DNA of 60,659 nucleotides from Craspedostauros australis (Eukaryota), in the NCBI GenBank assembly GCA_030167865.1, contig JALAGF010006498.1, positions 1 through 60,659 on the forward strand, given 5' to 3'. A program made the position numbers and the translations under genes. Below are positions 56,109-60,659 of this stretch, in pieces (positions within the stretch are counted from its first letter, which is position 1; each line of letters begins with the position of its first letter). The notes under the pieces were generated by a model, which saw only the letters and a program-made list of their open reading frames with translations, searched no databases and was not told the DNA's origin.

Positions 56109-57332
56109 ATGAGTATCTCCATCTCCGAATCGACTGCGGCCGCACCGTCGCACGAGGCGTTGTCCATCACAATGCTTCCTATGCTATCCGACACAGGCAG
56201 CTTCACCAATACCAGCTTGTTCGCTGCTGCCGCGCTCGATGAAGCCCAATTTTACTCAAGCAACAGCAGCAGCAGCAGCGGCGAAGCCATCAACGAAGCG
56301 CAAGACTCCATCTTCATCGAGACGCTGCCTTCCTCCTACTGGATGGTCTGCACGGTCTGCACCATCGCCATCTGCCTCCACGCCTACCGCCATTGGAGCA
56401 TCCCCAAGGTCACGTCCAGAACTCTTGCCATGATCAATCTCGTCATGTGCTTGATGGCGATGATCCCATTCATTGTCTACGTGGTCACCCGAGACTCATG
56501 GACCGGCAGCAACCTCCCAGAGCTCCAGAGGTATCTCATCAACCATCTTCACCTCGTCCTCATGTCCGTGTGGGCCGTCGTTGCCACCGCGCAAGTTCTC
56601 ACCGCAATCTTCAAGGCCTACAGAGTACACTCCATCCTGGGCTGGTTCGCTTTGGATGTCCTTCTCCCGGCCATCATCCTCGAACTTCACACGAACGCTA
56701 CGTGGGTCTTCGTTTCCACAAAATCGGCACCATTGGCACAGGGGCATCTGTTGGCAGACGCTGCCCATCCAACCATCTGGCAGATCGCCCAGTACTCCCT
56801 ACCCTTCGCTGCTGCACTGCTCACACCAACCATGATCGCCATGTTCTGGTGGTTGAGCCGCTCCAGCCTGTACGACACCAAGCGCATCCCTAGCCGCGTC
56901 GTTCGCTTCCGGCTTCACATCACGTACATGACCTTGCTCATCACCACAATCTGCGGCACCGGTTTCTCTCGATGGATCTTCCGCGCTGCCTTCAAGATGA
57001 CTGAGTGCCCCAAGCACCACCATGACATCATCAGCGTCCGCATCCAGCACCTGTCAACGACCTACGGTGCCTACGTGCTGTTGATGGTGGCTACTCTCAT
57101 CTACATCACGATTCCAAAGAACATGAGGCACCACGACGAGGCCGCTGCCGCACCGACATCCGAAATGTCCATCAGCACAAAGAACGCCAGCAGAGGACTG
57201 CGATTTTCATTCTACGCTTTCCTTCTGCACGGACTTATCCAATTCGTCGCAACGCAAGCAATGGATTTCCCATTCGCATACAAATGCAACATGCCAGCCA
57301 TCGACGCCTTCATCTCGCAGCATGGTCTGTAA
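56109..57332 (+). CDS. Multi-pass membrane protein (DUF2306-like His pattern)
   Basis: 407-aa ORF with many hydrophobic helices; HLVLMSVWAVVATAQ, YRVHSILGW, LHITYM. Confidence 0.7.
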   Translation: MSISISESTAAAPSHEALSITMLPMLSDTGSFTNTSLFAAAALDEAQFYSSNSSSSSGEAINEAQDSIFIETLPSSYWMVCTVCTIAICLHAYRHWSIPKVTSRTLAMINLVMCLMAMIPFIVYVVTRDSWTGSNLPELQRYLINHLHLVLMSVWAVVATAQVLTAIFKAYRVHSILGWFALDVLLPAIILELHTNATWVFVSTKSAPLAQGHLLADAAHPTIWQIAQYSLPFAAALLTPTMIAMFWWLSRSSLYDTKRIPSRVVRFRLHITYMTLLITTICGTGFSRWIFRAAFKMTECPKHHHDIISVRIQHLSTTYGAYVLLMVATLIYITIPKNMRHHDEAAAAPTSEMSISTKNASRGLRFSFYAFLLHGLIQFVATQAMDFPFAYKCNMPAIDAFISQHGL

Positions 57333-59527
57333 TGGTCGCGACCGAGGCAAAACATGGAGATATAGCACATACGTCGTCCTCGTTTACGTGCATAAGCGAG
57401 TATGCGGGGCGGGACAATCGTCGAATAAACTGTAAATACATACACATACCGCAAAACTTCTTCCATAATACAGAGTAGAGTAGAGTGGAGTAGGGTGGAG
57501 CGGAGCAGGGTGCCAATACGGGCCATGCGTACTCCGCCAGTGCGCGCAACTCGCACATCGCACCATGATCGCCACCACAAACTTATTTTGTGGTCGGATG
57601 GCGCAGCGGAACCACCAGTTCTGACCAGTTCTGGCGCTTTGGTTCCGAAACTGGCGGCAAAGGCCCGCCCGAATCAACGGTTCTGCGTGATGTCCATCTC
57701 GCCTTCATTCGCCTTTTTCGGAGTCGTGGTCGGAGGCTATTGGTACGAGTATAGATATTTCTTCCGTCCATCTTGAATACGCTCAGGCTGAACCAACAAG
57801 GCACTTCTCGATGGAGTGATCTCCCTTTTCCTGGCCGTCGCTGCCGCTGCAGTCACCAATAACGCCAAGTTGGGTGGAAGGACGCGGTGGTGTGGCAGAG
57901 GATCACGGCGTTGCACTCCTTCAGCAGATTTCGCTAATACTTGCGAGTAGAGCACAATATGATTGTGCGAGCAATTATATGATTTGTTAATATTCTCTCT
58001 CCAGAGCGTACTCTTAGTATTCTATTTTATGATGCGTCTTCGGATCCCGTCATCCTACGCCAACAGTCCATACACGTCGCAGTTCATTGATGCTCATCTC
58101 ACAGCTTGGAGTATTGGAGAGTGTTGGTGCAGTACTGTTTGGTTTCTTTCCTTTCCCACAAAGTGCATACATTCGTCAGCAGACTTGATGGATCCATTGT
58201 TACATAACCGCCTCGACTCGCCTGTCGCTTAGGCGCCCATGACACGGAACTGAACCATCGGGTTGCACCAGTCATAGTTGCGGATGTTTGGGAGAGTGGA
58301 AGTGTTGCTTGATTTCTTGCAGTTGGGTGGTGCTTAGGTAGTTGGCTGATTTTGTGATTGGGTGGATGCTGGTTTTGTGAGTTGGTTGCTTTGCGAGTTG
58401 TGCAGTTGCTGATTTTGTGATGGTGGATTTGGAGATCCCTTGGCACTGGCGACGGGAAACCGTTGAAAGATGCAGGCATCAAAGCTGCTGGATGCACAGC
58501 GTGGTTCGGAGCGAACAATTCGTCCCTTGTCGTTCGTTGTTGTACGCAGTCTCGGACTCAGCGGCTATACGTCGGCGATGTTGTGATCATGGCGACTGGA
58601 GAGAGGGAGAGCGTTGGAATGAAAGAAGTACTGAGACGAGTACGGTGCATTGACTATGGCTTTGGTTTCAGCTTCAGCTTCGAGCGTGGGAACTGGCCGA
58701 GCAGGACGGTGGATGCTGTGTTTCGTGCGGTGAGGTTTGGTGAAACACATATTAAGTCGTCCGAGTAGCATGTGTCGTAGGGAGAGACCTGAACACACTA
58801 CGAGCATGGAATACTAGCTCGTATGCAGTACCACATATCGTCCGTGGGAGTGTGACCTTCTTGTCCAACTAACTTCGATCTTGCCATGCGCCACAGAGGT
58901 CCCTCAAGCCCAAGAAGAGGTGCCTCACCCACGCGTTACTTGCAATCACCGACACTGGCACGACACTTGGCCATATTAAATAGCAAAATTGTATTTCACC
59001 GCAGCTCCAAACGAATGATCCACGGTTTCGATCGTGCGATTGGGCCAAGTTAATCAACTGTGCCCTTGCGTGTGGTGGTTGCAGCCTGTCAGAGAAGTGT
59101 GCCACTGAGTGCTCGACGTCAAGTACACCGCGCTGCTCGTGGCATACTAATACGTTCAGCAACATACGGATAGAGAATGTGGTCTGACAATACTCAATGA
59201 ACATTATGCAAGCAAAGAGTACATGGAGCAGAACAAATTACTCCGAAGTCCTATGACCCAGGTCAGTGAGTGGACCTGCCGTCGGTAAAGTAGAGTGGCA
59301 CTTTTTCTTCGATTACAACCAAACTAAGCATACAAACCTACTCATTATAGTCACTATAGCAACAGGAAAATTACCCAGAATCTCAAAGTCCATAGTTTAA
59401 GTTTTATGGACCTGTCAATGTGCTTATTTTTGGACTACTCCTAAACTGGGCGATAGACATCCGACAAGTTCGATCCAAAATAACGTGTTCGTGTTCTTGG
59501 TGTTGGCGAATTTGTTCACATTTTGAA

Positions 59528-59876
59528 TTAATTAGTCCTATTTTTTTCCTCCATTTTCGCCAACAGTCTCGTTCTCATCCTCGTCCNNNNNNNNNNNNNN
59601 NNNNNNNNNNNNNNNNNNNNNNNNNNNNNNNNNNNNCGTTCTCATCCTCGTCCGAATCGCATCCCTCACTTCTTCTGGGACCATCTCTTCGTTCTCTGCA
59701 TGTGCCTTGGTGGTGTTGGCTTCACACCACATTCTGTGCTCTCGTTCCTCTTCTTCCATCTCTTCCTCTTCTTCCCTGCGCTGCTGTTCTGTTTGCGTCG
59801 TACCTGATGGTTCCGCGACAGTTGCGGCTGTTGCAGGTGGTGATGGTGATGGTGGTGATGGTGATTTCGATGCCAT
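59528..59876 (-). CDS. Possible small acidic ORF spanning an assembly gap (93 aa if the gap is an overlap)
   Basis: The 17-bp CGTTCTCATCCTCGTCC is duplicated either side of Ns (59570-59586 and 59637-59653). Collapsing it gives MASKSPSPP...EEEEEMEEEE...AIRTRMRTRLLAKMEEKNRTN*. Confidence 0.3.
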
Positions 59877-60423
59877 TTTGGTGTTGTTGTCGGTCGCACT
59901 TGGTGCCACGGTGGTTTCTTCGCTGCGCGCTGTGCGTTGTTGTATGCTGCGGAAAGGTACGATTTCACGCGCATTGGACTTGCGTGCAACTGGATGTACC
60001 AATAGAGGAGTTTCGCATTGTTTCGATTTCCACTCAGAGGCCCCCAGACGACGTGTCACATGTGACATGGTGCCAACAAGAGTTCTCAAGAATTGCTGGT
60101 TCGTGGAAGGACTGAAACTAGTCCATCTAGTCACGCTTCGCATTCCACTTTGAATAGAATCTAGACATTTTAGGCCTGGAAGTCTTTGGCGGACGATTAA
60201 TGGAGATTTTGACAATACAATATTACAATAGTGAATGATACACTCTAATTGTAGTATATTCTGGATATGTTTATTGAGTCTGTTGTGAGCGACGAAAATA
60301 CTAGCACTAGCATGGTTTCGAAGCAAGAACTCTACTAGAAGACGACTCTATTGTAGACATCGATAGAAGTTTTATGATTGGATAATCACAAATCTCCGCG
60401 TGGAAATGACACTTTTGCCGGGA

Positions 60424-60508
60424 CTCTCTGAGTGGAAACGATTTCCACTTCTGCTGCAGAAGTGGAAATCATTTCCACTCAGCGAGGGGGTGATTTCTCG
60501 CCACCCCC
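60424..60508. other. Nested palindrome with an adjacent GC hairpin
   Basis: 27-bp arms at 60428-60454 and 60456-60482, one mismatch. Each arm contains its own AGTGGAAA-N3-TTTCCACT palindrome. GGGGGTG-N9-CACCCCC follows at 60486-60508. Confidence 0.9.
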
Positions 60509-60659
60509 GAAAAAATGTCTCTATCAGGTTATGACTCCCCTGTGGGACTGGGTGAGTGGAATGCGAAACTCCTCTAATCGGTCTCCGTTCCCTCCAGCTC
60601 CATCAATCGGCGGTGCGCTTCGTGTTCTGTTGGTCGATTCTTCGGGTCTTTTTTGGCGG

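Noticed and set aside
1..60659. tRNA, rRNA, spliceosomal snRNA or TPP riboswitch
   Set aside because: No cloverleaf with a proper T-arm and no conserved snRNA or riboswitch signature found by eye; GTTCGA hits at ~6578 and ~55253 lack the stems.

Overview
Eukaryotic nuclear DNA, very probably from a diatom. The evidence is GT-AG introns, bipartite signal plus 'F' plastid presequences, a KRE6/TGS-type GH16, an HA-domain protein and copia-type LTRs. About 15 intact genes: GH16 KRE6/SKN1-like transglycosylase, SAM methyltransferase, C2HC+PHD zinc-finger protein, sulfotransferase, CWC15, HA-domain protein, CDC37, a 2269-aa focadhesin/RST1-like protein, plastid coproporphyrinogen oxidase (hemF), GT60 GlcNAc-transferase, a hypothetical protein, an IST1-endonuclease G fusion, a PPR-like protein, a DUF2358 protein and a multi-pass membrane protein. 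The most unusual item is one spliced gene (47248->44830) joining an ESCRT-III IST1 domain to an EndoG/NUC1-type nuclease. A CpG-depleted TE island (~6.3-10.2 kb) holds two independent solo LTRs of one family in opposite orientation. Each has its own 5-bp TSD and each interrupts an ORF that can be rebuilt in frame; one of these is a LINE-like zinc-knuckle ORF lacking RT. Both window ends are TE-like: a decamer array on the left and a nested 55-bp palindrome on the right. All family assignments are from motif recognition by eye, not database searches.
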